Assembly (NCBI GenBank): GCA_963730185.1
Contig: CAVSQW010000007.1
Coordinates: 256,001 to 320,000, forward strand
Direction of reading: 5' to 3'
DNA length: 64,000 nucleotides
From: an uncultured Gemmatimonadales bacterium
Lineage (GTDB): Bacteria > Gemmatimonadota > Gemmatimonadetes > Gemmatimonadales > GWC2-71-9
The notes beneath the pieces were generated by a model. The model worked only from the letters and a program-made list of their open reading frames with translations. It did no database searches and was not told the DNA's origin. The position numbers and the translations under genes are program-made. Below, in pieces: positions 18,818-28,549 of the stretch (the stretch's first letter is position 1; each line of letters opens with the position of its first letter).

Positions 18818-20039
18818 TCAGGGCGCGACCAGGACCCCGACCTCCCCGCCGAAGCCGTCGTCGGCGCGGGGCAGGCCGGGCGGCACGGACCAGGCGCCGC
18901 CGTTCAGGCGCAGGTTGACCTGGTGGACCCCGGCTGGGATGGCGGTGCTCAGCGACCAGACGTCGCCCAAGGTCCGCGTCATCGGCACGGGGCGCCAATC
19001 CGTGAAGTCGCCCATGACCTCGATCGAGCTGGCCGCCGCGTTCCGGATGGTGAGCGTGGCGCGGGGACCGTTCTGCCGGGCGAGGGTGAGGGCGCCGGCC
19101 GGTGAGCCCGCCGGCTCGGTCGGCCCGGCCGCGGGACGGCGGTTCACGAGCTCGAGGCCCAGGGCCAGATAGTGGCGGTTCGGAAGGAAGAGCGCGTCGC
19201 CGGCGGGGAGGAACCCGGCGTCGAGGCGCACCACCACCCCGTCGGCCGCGGGCAGCCGGGCCCCGACCGACCAGCCCATCCCGGTCGCCGTGCCCACCGC
19301 GAAGCGACGCGCCAGCCGGGCCTCGAGCCGGAGGCTCGGACCGCTCCACCGGACCCCCAGGCTGGCGACCGTCGGCGTCACCGAGACCGAGCCGTTGCCC
19401 CCGCTGTCGGTGACGGCCGTGTCGGCAATCGGGATCAGACCCGGGCCCCCGAGGGTCGCGAGGCTGAGTGTGTCTTGGCCGGGGAGCACTGGGTTCGAGA
19501 CGGAGGCCGCGCCGGAGCGGGTCGAGACCCGGGCCGCCGAGCGTCCCAGCCGTCCCGAGATGGTGAGGGCCCCGAGCCGGAGGTCGGCCGCGGCCAGGCC
19601 GCCGAGGGCCCAGGCGAACTCGCTCCCGATGGGGCGGGCGGCCGAGAGCCCGGCCCGGAGGGTCAGCCGTCCGTCCGGCCCGCTCGATCAGGGCCCGGCC
19701 GGTGAGCTCGCCGCGGCGGAGTCCATAGCCCGGTACGTCCCAGGCCCCCGCGAGCTCCGCCACCGGCCGCCACCCGATCCGGTGCCCGCCCAGGCGGAGG
19801 TCCACGGTGCCATCCGAGCCCCAGCGGTCGCCCGGTTGGCCGAATACCGACGCGGCGCCCGAGGCGGCCAGCCCCGGTCGCGACCACCGGAGGGCGGACC
19901 CGAACGCCATGCCGCCGGGGGTCGCCGTGCCCGGATCGCCAAGGCGCGCCCCCAGGGTGAAGGTCGGTCGAACCTGGGCCGGGAGGGCCGAGGCCAGCGC
20001 GGCCAGCAGGCCGATCCCGCCCAGAGTGGCGCGCCTCAC
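18818..20039 (-). CDS. Exported protein with beta-rich N-terminal region and C-terminal glycogen-binding (CBM48/AMPK-like) domain; one frameshift near 19680
   Basis: Signal peptide in ORF 18717-20039. Removing one base near 19680 joins it to ORF 18818-19489, which ends in VMGDFTDWRP...GVHQVNLRLNGGAW...DDGFGG. Confidence 0.7.
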
Positions 20040-20632
20040 GGCTCACCCCCCGGCGGGGCCAGCCGGGAGAGCTCGCCCTGGAGGGCGCCGCCGGCGGGGT
20101 CGCCGTCCAGCACCGCGCGCGCCACCCGGTCCCGGACCTGGAGCAGGTCGGCGTCGGGGAGCCCGGTGCCGAGCAGCCGGTCCAGGCCGCCCACGGCATC
20201 GGCCGGGCTCACCCCCCGCTCCACCAAGTCGGTCATCACGGTGATCGCCACGGCCACCGAGCGTCGGCCCGCTCGCTGCTTGAGCCGGGTCAGCGCGTCC
20301 GGCGGGCCGCCGGCTCGGAGCCAGAGCGCACCGACCACGATCTCCTGGTCGTCGGCGGGCGCTCCGATGGCCGACCGGGCCCGCCCCATCGCGGCGTGGA
20401 GCGACGACACGGCGGCCATGATCCGGTCCGGGGCGGCTCCCTTGGCGGCGCCCTCGAGGGCCTTCTGGACCAGCGGCTCCGTCGGCAGCCCCTCGGCGGC
20501 GGCCGAGTTCACCACGGTGGTCACCCGCCTGGCCAAATCGGGGGCGAGTCGTTCCTGGAGTCGGGCGTCCTGGGCGGAGGCCTGGCCCACGGCCAGGGTC
20601 GCCAGCAGCGCCACCAGGCAAAGTCGGATCAC
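20036..20632 (-). CDS. Exported alpha-helical hypothetical protein
   Basis: Signal peptide (ASA-QD); GLPTEPLVQKALEGAAKG; coupled to both neighbours. Confidence 0.75.
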   Translation of the reverse strand: MIRLCLVALLATLAVGQASAQDARLQERLAPDLARRVTTVVNSAAAEGLPTEPLVQKALEGAAKGAAPDRIMAAVSSLHAAMGRARSAIGAPADDQEIVVGALWLRAGGPPDALTRLKQRAGRRSVAVAITVMTDLVERGVSPADAVGGLDRLLGTGLPDADLLQVRDRVARAVLDGDPAGGALQGELSRLAPPGGEP

Positions 20633-21126
20633 GAGGCCGGCGCTCCGATCGCCACGACCGACGTGGGGGTGTCGAAGTCGGGATCCCGGATCTCGGGGCG
20701 GGCCGGGTCGGCGATCCAGCTGGTACCGTTGACCAGGAAGGCGTAGCGGTACACGCCGTGAGGGAGGTCGAGGGTGGCAGTCCAGCGGCCGTCGGTGCCG
20801 GCATGGAGCAGGGCGCTGTGGCTCCGGTCCCAGTCGTTGAAGTCGCCCACCAAGGCCACCGACCGGGCCTCGGGCAAGCTCAGCTCGAAGCGGACCGGCA
20901 CCGTCGTCGACTCGGAGCCGGCGGGCGCGAGGAACCGGGCGCCGAGCACCGCGAGCACCGCCGCCGCGGCCAGGCCCACCGAGGCCCAGACCAGCGTCCG
21001 GCCGCCCCGGCCCCGGGCCGCCACGGCCCTCAGCACCCGCCGGTCGAATCCCGGGGTCGGGTCCACCGGCGCCCGGCAGGTGGCGATGATCCGGTCCAGG
21101 ATCGGGTCGGTCGGCTCGAGGGTCAT
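20629..21126 (-). CDS. Putative anti-sigma factor: short N-terminal domain, one TM helix, CBM48 (isoamylase early-set) domain
   Basis: ATGA overlap with the sigma factor; VALVGDFNDW...GVYRYAFLVNGTSW. Confidence 0.8.
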   Translation of the reverse strand: MTLEPTDPILDRIIATCRAPVDPTPGFDRRVLRAVAARGRGGRTLVWASVGLAAAAVLAVLGARFLAPAGSESTTVPVRFELSLPEARSVALVGDFNDWDRSHSALLHAGTDGRWTATLDLPHGVYRYAFLVNGTSWIADPARPEIRDPDFDTPTSVVAIGAPAS

Positions 21127-21665
21127 GATTCGGCTCCGTCCAGCAGGTCTCGCAACCGCTCGCAGGCCCGGCTCACCCGCATCTTGAGGGCCGGCACGCT
21201 CGCGCCGGTGAGGTCGCGCATCTCCGCATAGCTCAGGTCGTCCCCGTGCTTGAGCAGGAACGCCTCCCGTTGCTCCGCCGGCAGCGCCGTCAGCGCCCGG
21301 TCCAGCTCCTCGCGCCAGCCAACCGCCGGCATCGTCCGATCCTCGGTCGCGACGTGGGTCTCCGCCGCGTCGTCCCACTGGGCGAACATCCGCCGGCGTC
21401 GCTCCCGCCGGCGGAAGGCCGTGCGGCAGCGGTTGACGAGGATGCGGAATACCCAGGCCGGAAACCGCTCGGGATCCGACCCGTCGAGGCCCCGGTAGGC
21501 ACGCACGAACGCATCCTGCACGGCCTCTTCGGCGTCTTCGATCGACCCCAGCATGTTGCGCGCGTACCGGAGGTAGCGTCCCTGATATCGGGCCACCAGC
21601 TGGGCGAACGCCTCGAGATCTCCGGCCCGGGTCCGCTCCACCAGGGTCGCGTCGGAAGGCTCCAC
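21123..21665 (-). CDS. ECF (sigma-70 group 4) RNA polymerase sigma factor
   Basis: DAEEAVQDAFVRAY, WVFRILVNRC (region 2) and LPAEQREAFLL...SYAEM (region 4). GTG 21665 preferred; 21692 is an alternative start. Confidence 0.92.
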   Translation of the reverse strand: MEPSDATLVERTRAGDLEAFAQLVARYQGRYLRYARNMLGSIEDAEEAVQDAFVRAYRGLDGSDPERFPAWVFRILVNRCRTAFRRRERRRRMFAQWDDAAETHVATEDRTMPAVGWREELDRALTALPAEQREAFLLKHGDDLSYAEMRDLTGASVPALKMRVSRACERLRDLLDGAES

Positions 21666-21673
21666 TTTGAGTA

Positions 21674-21701
21674 AGACCCCGACAGATGGCACGTGGTCAC
21701 A
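21674..21701 (-). promoter_or_regulatory. Candidate ECF-dependent promoter TGTGACC-N17-GTCT, 8 nt before the GTG start
   Basis: Minus strand reads TGTGACC acgtgccatctgtcggg GTCT tactcaaa GTG, resembling ECF -35/-10 elements. Confidence 0.45.
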
Positions 21702-21729
21702 TTGCGATTGGAGGACCGCCTGATTGACC

Positions 21730-22314
21730 CTACGACCATGGTTCGGACCTCGTTTCGGCGGTGCGACCCCGCCCCCCAGCCCCCTCGGCCAGCAGCCTTC
21801 GCACCGCCGGCTCGAACGATGCCATCGCGAGCGGTCCCAGTGCGCGGTAGCGAATCTTCCCGGTGCGATCCAGGAGCAGGCTGGTCGGATACCCCGTGAT
21901 CGGCCCCAGCGTCGGAGGCGGCGCCCCGGCCTCCAACTGCGCCACCGGGTAAGTGATCCCCCGTTTCCGGAGAAAGGCGCGGACCGAATCGGGCGAGTCG
22001 GTGTCGACCGAAAGGCCCACGACCACGAACCCCTGGGCCCGGTGCCGCTCGTACATCGACTGGAGCAGGGGCATCTCCACCTTGCAGGGCGGGCACCAGG
22101 TAGCCCAGACGTTCACCAGGACGACCCGGCCCCGGAGCGAATCGGTCGAGATGACCCCCCGGTCGAGGGCCGGGTAGACGAAATGGGGGGTGAGCTGGTC
22201 GCCCGACTCGATTCCCACCACGGCCGCCAGGTGGGGCGCCAGGCGGACGAGGAGGAAGACCCAGACGGCCGCGAGAATTAGGTTGGGCAGGCTGAGGAAT
22301 CGGCGGCGAGGCAT
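21730..22314 (-). CDS. TlpA/ResA family thiol-disulfide oxidoreductase
   Basis: N-terminal TM; NVWATWCPPCKVEMP and cis-Pro motif YPTS. Confidence 0.92.
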   Translation of the reverse strand: MPRRRFLSLPNLILAAVWVFLLVRLAPHLAAVVGIESGDQLTPHFVYPALDRGVISTDSLRGRVVLVNVWATWCPPCKVEMPLLQSMYERHRAQGFVVVGLSVDTDSPDSVRAFLRKRGITYPVAQLEAGAPPPTLGPITGYPTSLLLDRTGKIRYRALGPLAMASFEPAVRRLLAEGAGGRGRTAETRSEPWS

Positions 22315-22532
22315 GGGGGGAAGGTAGGTGGGGAGGGAGGGGGAGGGATGGGGGGAGATGGGGGGAGATGGGGGGAGATGAGGGGAGACGGGGAGAGACG
22401 GGGTGGAGGGACGTGGGAGGGTGTAGCGGGACGACTCGGCGCAGGGTCCCTGTCCCGGTTCCTCCCCCATCCCTCCCCATCCCTCCCCATCCCTCCCCGT
22501 CCCTCCCCATCCCTCCCTCCCCATCCCCTTCC
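22315..22532. repeat. Decamer-unit inverted repeat (GGGGGAGATG)n...(CCCTCCCCAT)n
   Basis: Exact tandem decamers at 22351-22380; near-complementary decamers at 22461-22510. Confidence 0.9.
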
Positions 22533-22566
22533 AAGCCTCCCCTAAGTCCGCTATCTTGCAAGGCTT

Positions 22567-23889
22567 ATGTTTGACGACCTTTCCTCGAAGCTCACCGCCG
22601 CGCTCGGGAAGCTGACCGGGCGCGGCGTCCTGACCGAGGACGCCGTCAAGGAGGGTCTCCGGGAGATCCGCCGGGTGCTGCTCGAAGCCGACGTGAGCTT
22701 CGACCTCACCCGTCAGTTCCTCGAGCGGGTGCAGGAAAAGGCGGTCGGTGTCGCCCGGCTCAAGGGTGTGAACCCGGGCCAGCAGCTCGTGAAGGTGGTG
22801 TACGACGAGCTGGTCGCGATGCTGGGCGAGAAGCAGGCGCCGCTGGTCTTTGCGTCGGTGCCGCCCACGGTGATGCTCGTCGTCGGGCTCCAGGGCTCCG
22901 GCAAGACGACCACCACGGGCAAGCTGGCCAAGCGGCTCAAGCAGGAGCAGAAGGCGCCGTTCCTGGTCGCGGCCGACGTCTACCGGCCGGCCGCCGCCGA
23001 GCAGCTCCAGACGCTCGCCCGGCAGGTGGACGTCGAATGCTACGCCGAGCCGGGCGCCACGGACGTGGTCAAGCTGGTGAAGCATGGGCTCGAGGCGGCC
23101 GCCAAGGCGCGCGCCCGGACCGTGCTGGTGGATACCGCCGGCCGGTTGCAGATCGACGAAGGGATGATGGCGGAGCTCCAGGCCCTGAAGGCCGCCGTGA
23201 GCCCCACCGAGATCCTCCTCGTCGCCGACGGGATGACGGGACAGGACGCCGTCCGGATCGCCAAGGGGTTCCACGACGCCCTCGGGATCACCGGCGTGGT
23301 GCTGACCAAGATGGACGGCGACGCCCGGGGCGGCGCGGCCCTCTCGGTCTACGGGGTGACCGGCGCGCCGATCAAGTACGTCGGCGTGGGCGAGCAGATC
23401 GACGCGCTCGAGCCCTTCCGGCCGGACCGGATGGCGGGGCGGATTCTCCAGCAGGGAGACGTGCTCTCGCTGGTGGAGAAGGCCCAGGGCGCGATCGACG
23501 AGAAAGAGGCGGCCAAGCTCGCCAAGAAGGCCACCTCGAAGAAGGGCCTCGATCTGCAGGACTTTCTGAGCGCGATGCGCCAGATGCAGAAGCTCGGGCC
23601 CCTCAAGAACGTGCTGGGCATGCTGCCGGGCGTGAATCCGGCGATGCTCAAGTCGGCCAACGTCGACGACAACCGCCTCAAGCACCTCGAGGCGATCGTC
23701 CTCTCGATGACGCCGAAGGAGCGGGCCAATCCCGACGTGATGAACGGCTCGCGCCGCCTCCGGGTGGCCAAGGGGTCGGGACGAACGGTGCAGGAGGTCA
23801 ACCAGCTCCTGAACCAGTTCAAGCAGATGGCGAAGTTCATGAAGTCGGCGGGCAAGCCGGGTGGCATGCGCCTGCCGTTCGGCCGGTAA
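22567..23889 (+). CDS. ffh: Signal recognition particle protein
   Basis: GLQGSGKTTT, DVYRPAA, DTAGR, TKMDGDARGG and M-domain SRRLRVAKGSG. Confidence 0.98.
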   Translation: MFDDLSSKLTAALGKLTGRGVLTEDAVKEGLREIRRVLLEADVSFDLTRQFLERVQEKAVGVARLKGVNPGQQLVKVVYDELVAMLGEKQAPLVFASVPPTVMLVVGLQGSGKTTTTGKLAKRLKQEQKAPFLVAADVYRPAAAEQLQTLARQVDVECYAEPGATDVVKLVKHGLEAAAKARARTVLVDTAGRLQIDEGMMAELQALKAAVSPTEILLVADGMTGQDAVRIAKGFHDALGITGVVLTKMDGDARGGAALSVYGVTGAPIKYVGVGEQIDALEPFRPDRMAGRILQQGDVLSLVEKAQGAIDEKEAAKLAKKATSKKGLDLQDFLSAMRQMQKLGPLKNVLGMLPGVNPAMLKSANVDDNRLKHLEAIVLSMTPKERANPDVMNGSRRLRVAKGSGRTVQEVNQLLNQFKQMAKFMKSAGKPGGMRLPFGR

Positions 23890-23913
23890 GCAGACTCGAA
23901 GAGGACTGACAGC

Positions 23914-24163
23914 ATGGCAACTCGTATCCGTCTCCGCCGCGTCGGGCGCAAGAAAGTGCCGCTCTACCGGATCGTCGTCGCCGAAGGCACCGCGCCTCGC
24001 GACGGGCGTTTCATCGAGGTGCTCGGCACCTACGACCCACGCGCCCAGGACGACAAGCAGGTCACCGCTCGACGCCGACAAGGCCAAGTCGTGGCTCGCC
24101 AAGGGGGCGACCCCGAGCGACACGGTCGGTGCCCTGCTCAAGAAGGCGGGCGTCGGGGCGTGA
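23914..24163 (+). CDS. rpsP: 30S ribosomal protein S16 (one extra base near 24067, probably an assembly error)
   Basis: [22 protein letters not shown]...[15 protein letters not shown], then in another frame [20 protein letters not shown]. Confidence 0.93.
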
Positions 24164-24684
24164 GCGAGGAGCGGCCCCGCCACCTGGTGGTCGGGCGGCT
24201 CCGAAAACCGCACGGGCTGAAGGGCGACTGTACGGTTTTTCCCCTGACCGACGATCCCGAGCTGGCGTTCGCGTCGGGGCAGTCGGTCTGGGTGATGAAT
24301 CTGGGAGGTGAGGAGATCGCCGGCCCGCTCGAGATCGTGCGGAGCCGGGGCTATCACCGGCAGTGGCTGGTGTCGTTTCGGGGGCTCGACTCGCGGGACG
24401 ACGTGGCATCGTGGTGCGACACCCTGCTCGCCGCGCCGGCCGAGACGCTCCGGCCACCCGCGGACGACGAGGTCTACCTCCACGAGCTCGAAGGCTTCGG
24501 CGTGCACGACGAGGCCGGTGAGCCTCTCGGCGTGGTGAGCAAGGTGCTCGAGCTGCCCCAGGGCGTGATGCTCGAGATCCAGGGACCGAAGCGCGAGTTC
24601 CTGCTGCCGTTCCGGAAGGTGTTCGTGAAAGCGATGGACCGGGAGGCGCGGCGGCTGGTGGTCGACCTGCCGGAAGGACTGTAG
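24160..24684 (+). CDS. rimM: 16S rRNA processing protein RimM
   Basis: [25 protein letters not shown] and VDLPEGL motifs; GTGA overlap with rpsP. Confidence 0.93.
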   Translation: MSEERPRHLVVGRLRKPHGLKGDCTVFPLTDDPELAFASGQSVWVMNLGGEEIAGPLEIVRSRGYHRQWLVSFRGLDSRDDVASWCDTLLAAPAETLRPPADDEVYLHELEGFGVHDEAGEPLGVVSKVLELPQGVMLEIQGPKREFLLPFRKVFVKAMDREARRLVVDLPEGL

Positions 24685-24752
24685 GGGGCGAGTGGGCGGA
24701 GACGGGGGGAGACGGGGAGGGACGCGGGGGGACGCGGAAGGACGCGGAGCGG
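24685..24752. repeat. G-rich decamer repeat arm (GACGGGGGGA-type)
   Basis: Five GACG-initiated decamers at 24701-24750. Confidence 0.75.
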
Positions 24753-24756
24753 ACCC

Positions 24757-25452
24757 CTGACGACGATCAACGTCGTCACCCTGTTTCCCGAGGTGATGGC
24801 GCCGTTTCTCGGGGCGAGCATCCCGGGGCGGGCGGGGGCGGCGGGGTTGGTGGAGTACCGGCTGGTCCAGCTCCGGGACTTCGCCACCGATCGCCACCTG
24901 ACCGTCGACGACTACCCCTACGGGGGTGGAGCGGGGATGGTCCTCAAGCCCGAGCCGATGTTCCGGGCGGTGGAGTCGCTGCCGGAGCGGGGCAGGGTGG
25001 TGTTGATGTCGGCGCGGGGCGCGCCGTTCACGCACCGGATGGCGGTCCGGCTCTCGCTGGAGCCGATCCTCACCATCCTCTGCGGGCACTACAAGGACGT
25101 CGACCAGCGGGTGGCCGACGGCCTCGAGGCGGAGGAAGTCTCGCTCGGCGATTTCGTGCTGAGCGGGGGCGAGCCGGCGGCGCTGGCGGTGATCGACGCG
25201 GTGGTCCGGCTGCTGCCGGGCGCCCTGGGCGATCACGAGTCGGCCAGCTCCGACTCGCACTTCGACGGGCTCCTGAGCCCGCCGAGCTATACCAGGCCCC
25301 CCGAGTTCCGGGGGATGACGGTGCCGGAGGTGCTGCTGTCCGGCAACCACGCGGCGATCGCGGCCTGGCGGCAGGAACAGGCGGAGAAGTTGACGGCCGA
25401 ACGCCGGCCGGACCTATGGCGGCGATTCGCCGAGGACCATAACGTTGAGTGA
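24757..25452 (+). CDS. trmD: tRNA (guanine37-N1)-methyltransferase; start uncertain (CTG 24757?)
   Basis: [38 protein letters not shown] and YTRP motifs. Confidence 0.93.
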   Translation: MTTINVVTLFPEVMAPFLGASIPGRAGAAGLVEYRLVQLRDFATDRHLTVDDYPYGGGAGMVLKPEPMFRAVESLPERGRVVLMSARGAPFTHRMAVRLSLEPILTILCGHYKDVDQRVADGLEAEEVSLGDFVLSGGEPAALAVIDAVVRLLPGALGDHESASSDSHFDGLLSPPSYTRPPEFRGMTVPEVLLSGNHAAIAAWRQEQAEKLTAERRPDLWRRFAEDHNVE

Positions 25453-25459
25453 GCACGGC

Positions 25460-25491
25460 CCGTCAGCCCGTCAGCCCGTCTGACCGTCTGC
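25460..25491. repeat. Four tandem octamers CCGTC[AT]G[AC]
   Basis: ccgtcagc ccgtcagc ccgtctga ccgtctgc between trmD and rplS. Confidence 0.7.
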
Positions 25492-25514
25492 TGGCCCCGG
25501 AGAAGGAGAAACCA

Positions 25515-25874
25515 ATGGACCATCTGGCCACCGTGACCCGAGAGGGTCTCAAGACTGACCTCCCGACCTTCGCGCCGGGAGACACGATCAAAGTCATGGT
25601 CCGGGTCCGGGAGGGCGAGAAGGAGCGGCTCCAGGCCTTCGAGGGCGTCTGCGTCGCCCGCCGGGGCGGCGGGATCGACGAGACCTTCACCGTCCGGAAA
25701 GTGTCGGCCAGCATCGGGGTCGAGCGGATCTTCCCGCTCCACAGCCCGACGGTGGCCTCGATCGAGATGGTCCGCCGCGGCCGGGTCCGCCGGGCCAAGC
25801 TCTACTATCTCCGGAAGCTCTCGGGCAAGAGCGCCCGGATCCGCGAGAAGCGGGAGCCGGTTCAGGGTCAGTAG
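25515..25874 (+). CDS. rplS: 50S ribosomal protein L19
   Basis: [29 protein letters not shown] and [19 protein letters not shown] before ATG 25515. Confidence 0.97.
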   Translation: MDHLATVTREGLKTDLPTFAPGDTIKVMVRVREGEKERLQAFEGVCVARRGGGIDETFTVRKVSASIGVERIFPLHSPTVASIEMVRRGRVRRAKLYYLRKLSGKSARIREKREPVQGQ

Positions 25875-25889
25875 GCCGGGCCCGGGGCG

Positions 25890-26565
25890 GTGGCGCGGAA
25901 GCAGCCCGGCCTCGAGCGCGAAAAGCTCGCCTGGACCACCGGCGAGCTCCTGATCGGTGTCGACGAAGCAGGCCGCGGCCCGCTGGCCGGTCCAGTGGTG
26001 GCCGCGGCCGTCGTCTTTCCGCCCCAGTCCCGCCGCCGGGGCGGGGTCCGCGACAGCAAGACCCTGAGCGAGCTCCAGCGCGACAAGGCCGCCCTGGCCA
26101 TCCGGAAGGCGGCCCTCGCGATCGGGGTGGGCGCCGCCTCGGTCCGGGAGATCGATCGGATCAACATCCGCCGGGCTACCGCCCTCGCGATGCGCCGCGC
26201 CATCGACCGGGTTCTCCGCACCCTCCCCGCCTCTCCCCGTCCCTCCCCATCCCCCCCCCGTCCCGGCCCGTCCCTTCATCGTCATCCTCGACGGCCTGGC
26301 CATGCCCGAGCTCGGCCTCGATCACGAGGCCCTGGTCGACGGCGACGCGCTCTGCTTTTCGATCTCCGCCGCCGGGATCATCGCCAAGACGGTGCGTGAC
26401 CGACTGATGGCGAGACTCGATCCGCGCTATCCGGGTTACGACTGGTACAGCAATCGCGGCTACGGCACGGAGCACCACCGGCACGCGATCGACCAACTGG
26501 GGCCCACGCCACATCACCGGCGGAGCTTCGCGCCGGTGGCGCAGTTGGGGCTCTTTGGGGGGTAG
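25890..26565 (+). CDS. rnhB: Ribonuclease HII with internal C-rich repeat insertion and frameshift at a C9 run (26251-26259)
   Basis: GVDEAGRGPLAGPV, DSK and EIDRINI in one frame; ILDG, GDALCFSISAAGIIAK, RGYGT and HHRRSF in the next. Confidence 0.9.
26221..26274. repeat. C-rich decamer repeat arm inside rnhB
   Basis: ccctccccgc ctctccccgt ccctccccat cccccccccgt cccggcccgt; same family as 22461-22510. Confidence 0.8.
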
Positions 26566-26699
26566 GCGGGACGGGGAGGGACGGGGGGAGACGGGGCGGG
26601 ATGCGGCGAGATGGGGAGTGACGTGGGGGGGACACGAAGGACGAGGTCGCCCCTCCCCGCCCCTCCCCACCCCTCCCCGTCCCCCCTTACCCTTCCCCC
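26566..26699. repeat. Decamer-unit inverted repeat between rnhB and the OYE gene
   Basis: ACGGGGAGGG-type arm then CCCTCCCCGC/CCCTCCCCAC/CCCTCCCCGT arm. Confidence 0.85.
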
Positions 26700-27799
26700 A
26701 TGCCCAGCCTCTTCGATCCCGTCGCTTTTCGCGGCGTTCAGCTCCGGAATCGCATCGTCGTCTCGCCGATGTGCGAGTACTCCTCCACCGACGGCTTCGC
26801 CAACGAGTGGCACGTCGTGCACCTCGGGAGCCGGGCCATCGGCGGGGCGGCGCTCGTGTTCACCGAAGCGACCGCGGTGCTTCCCGAGGGCGGATCAGCC
26901 CGGTCGATCTCGGCCTCTGGAAGGACGCGCACGTCGATGTACTCGGGCGGATCGTGGCGTTCGCGGCGGAGCACGGCGCGGCGTGCGGCGTTCAGCTGGC
27001 TCACGCCGGACGGAAGGCCAGCACCCGGCCCCCGTGGGAGGGCCCCGGCAAGGTCGCCGAAGATGCCGGCGGCTGGCGGACGGTCGCGCCGAGCGCGGTG
27101 CCGTACAACGACGACTACCCGATGCCGGACGCGCTCGACGAGGCCGGGATCGCGCGGGTGGTCACCGGTTTCCGGGAGGCCGCGGGCCGGGCTCTCGAGG
27201 CCGGCTTCCGGGTCATCGAAATCCATGCCGCCCACGGATACCTCCTGCACGAGTTCCTCTCGCCCTGGAGCAACCGGCGCACCGACCGCTGGGGCGGGAG
27301 CTTCGAGAACCGGATCCGGCTGCTGAAGGACGTGGTGGAGGCGGTCCGGTCGGTCTGGCCCGAGCGTCACGCGCTCTTCGTCCGGATCTCGGCGACCGAT
27401 TGGAAAGAGGGCGCCTGGGACCTCGACCAGTCGGTGGCGCTGGCCCGCGAGCTCAAGGGGCTTGGCGTCGACCTGGTCGACTGCTCCAGCGGCGGCAACG
27501 TGCACGGGGTGAAGATCCCGATCGGCCCAGGGTATCAGACCCGGCTGGCCGAGCGGGTCCGGCGCGAGGCGGGGATCCCGACCGGCGCGGTGGGGCTCAT
27601 CACCGAGCCGGTCCAAGCTGATCACATCGTCCGGACCGGCCAGGCCGACCTCGTGATCCTGGCCAGGGAGCTGCTCCGCGACCCGTACTGGCCGCTCCGG
27701 GCCGCCCGGGAGCTCGGGCGGCCGGCCAGCTGGCCGGTGCAATATCTCCGGGCCGCGCCGGCGGACTCGCCCCGGCGGGAACCGATCGGGCCGATCTAG
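26700..27799 (+). CDS. NADH:flavin oxidoreductase (YqjM/NamA-type old yellow enzyme); one base missing near 26891
   Basis: [14 protein letters not shown] and EATAV, then [26 protein letters not shown] and LLRDPYWP. Confidence 0.9.
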
Positions 27800-27904
27800 C
27801 CCTCGGTCGGCCGGCGCGGAGTGGCCGGGGGCCGGCGGGCGGGGCTCGACGGTTTGGGCGGCCGGCCGTAACGTGAAGGCAACTCCTACCTCGCGGAGGC
27901 GCCG

Positions 27905-28537
27905 GTGACGTCCGGTTCGCCCTCATCCCAGCGTCGCAAACGGGGTCGGCACGGTTGGCCCTTGCTGCTCTTGATCTTCCTGGCCGTCGGCGTCGTCTAC
28001 GTCGCCCTCACGCCCTGGGCCCTCCATATCGGCGATCGTCCCACCCCCTGGCTCACCTGGGAAGGCTTCGGCCCGGTCGAGGCCAGCAACGGCGGTCACT
28101 ACGTGCTCTTCGCCCATCTGGAAGGCGGCATGCCCAGCAGCGGCCGCCGGAGCGTCTCGTGCGGCGGGGGCGGGTGCGACACCCTCCACGGCACCGCGCG
28201 CCTCTGCACCCGGAGCGGGCAGACCTACGCGTTCCAGCTCCGGGGCAAGGTGCACGCCTGGTGGAGCACCGACGGCGCGCGGACCGGGATCCAGCTCACG
28301 GCGGCGAAGGGGACGCCGCTGCAGCAGGGATGGGTGGTGGCCTTCGCGGGCGCCTGGCACGGTCCCGCGCTCGAGCTGACCAGTCCGGACAACTCGTTCA
28401 CCAAAGAGTTCACGCCGGCGGGAGCCATTCGCCAGGTCACCTCCACGGCCGACGCCGGCACGGCGAAGGTGACCCTTCACTTCGGGACCAGTGACGAGTT
28501 CGAGCAGGCCTGCCGGGCGCTGGCGGCCCACGCCTAA
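27905..28537 (+). CDS. Membrane-anchored hypothetical protein
   Basis: N-terminal TM helix, beta-rich body with four Cys, GC-rich third codon positions. Confidence 0.65.
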   Translation: MTSGSPSSQRRKRGRHGWPLLLLIFLAVGVVYVALTPWALHIGDRPTPWLTWEGFGPVEASNGGHYVLFAHLEGGMPSSGRRSVSCGGGGCDTLHGTARLCTRSGQTYAFQLRGKVHAWWSTDGARTGIQLTAAKGTPLQQGWVVAFAGAWHGPALELTSPDNSFTKEFTPAGAIRQVTSTADAGTAKVTLHFGTSDEFEQACRALAAHA

Positions 28538-28549
28538 ACCGGCGGGCCC

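Noticed and set aside
23914..24684. Apparent RpsP-RimM fusion (256-aa ORF)
   Set aside because: Caused by one extra base near 24067. The S16 C-terminus is intact in another frame and rimM has its own GTG at 24160.
21730..25350. 1206-aa minus-strand ORF and other long antisense ORFs (e.g. 1091-3298, 28859-30661, 49386-51329)
   Set aside because: Shadow frames of real genes in high-GC DNA. Only 21730-22314 (TlpA) carries real motifs.
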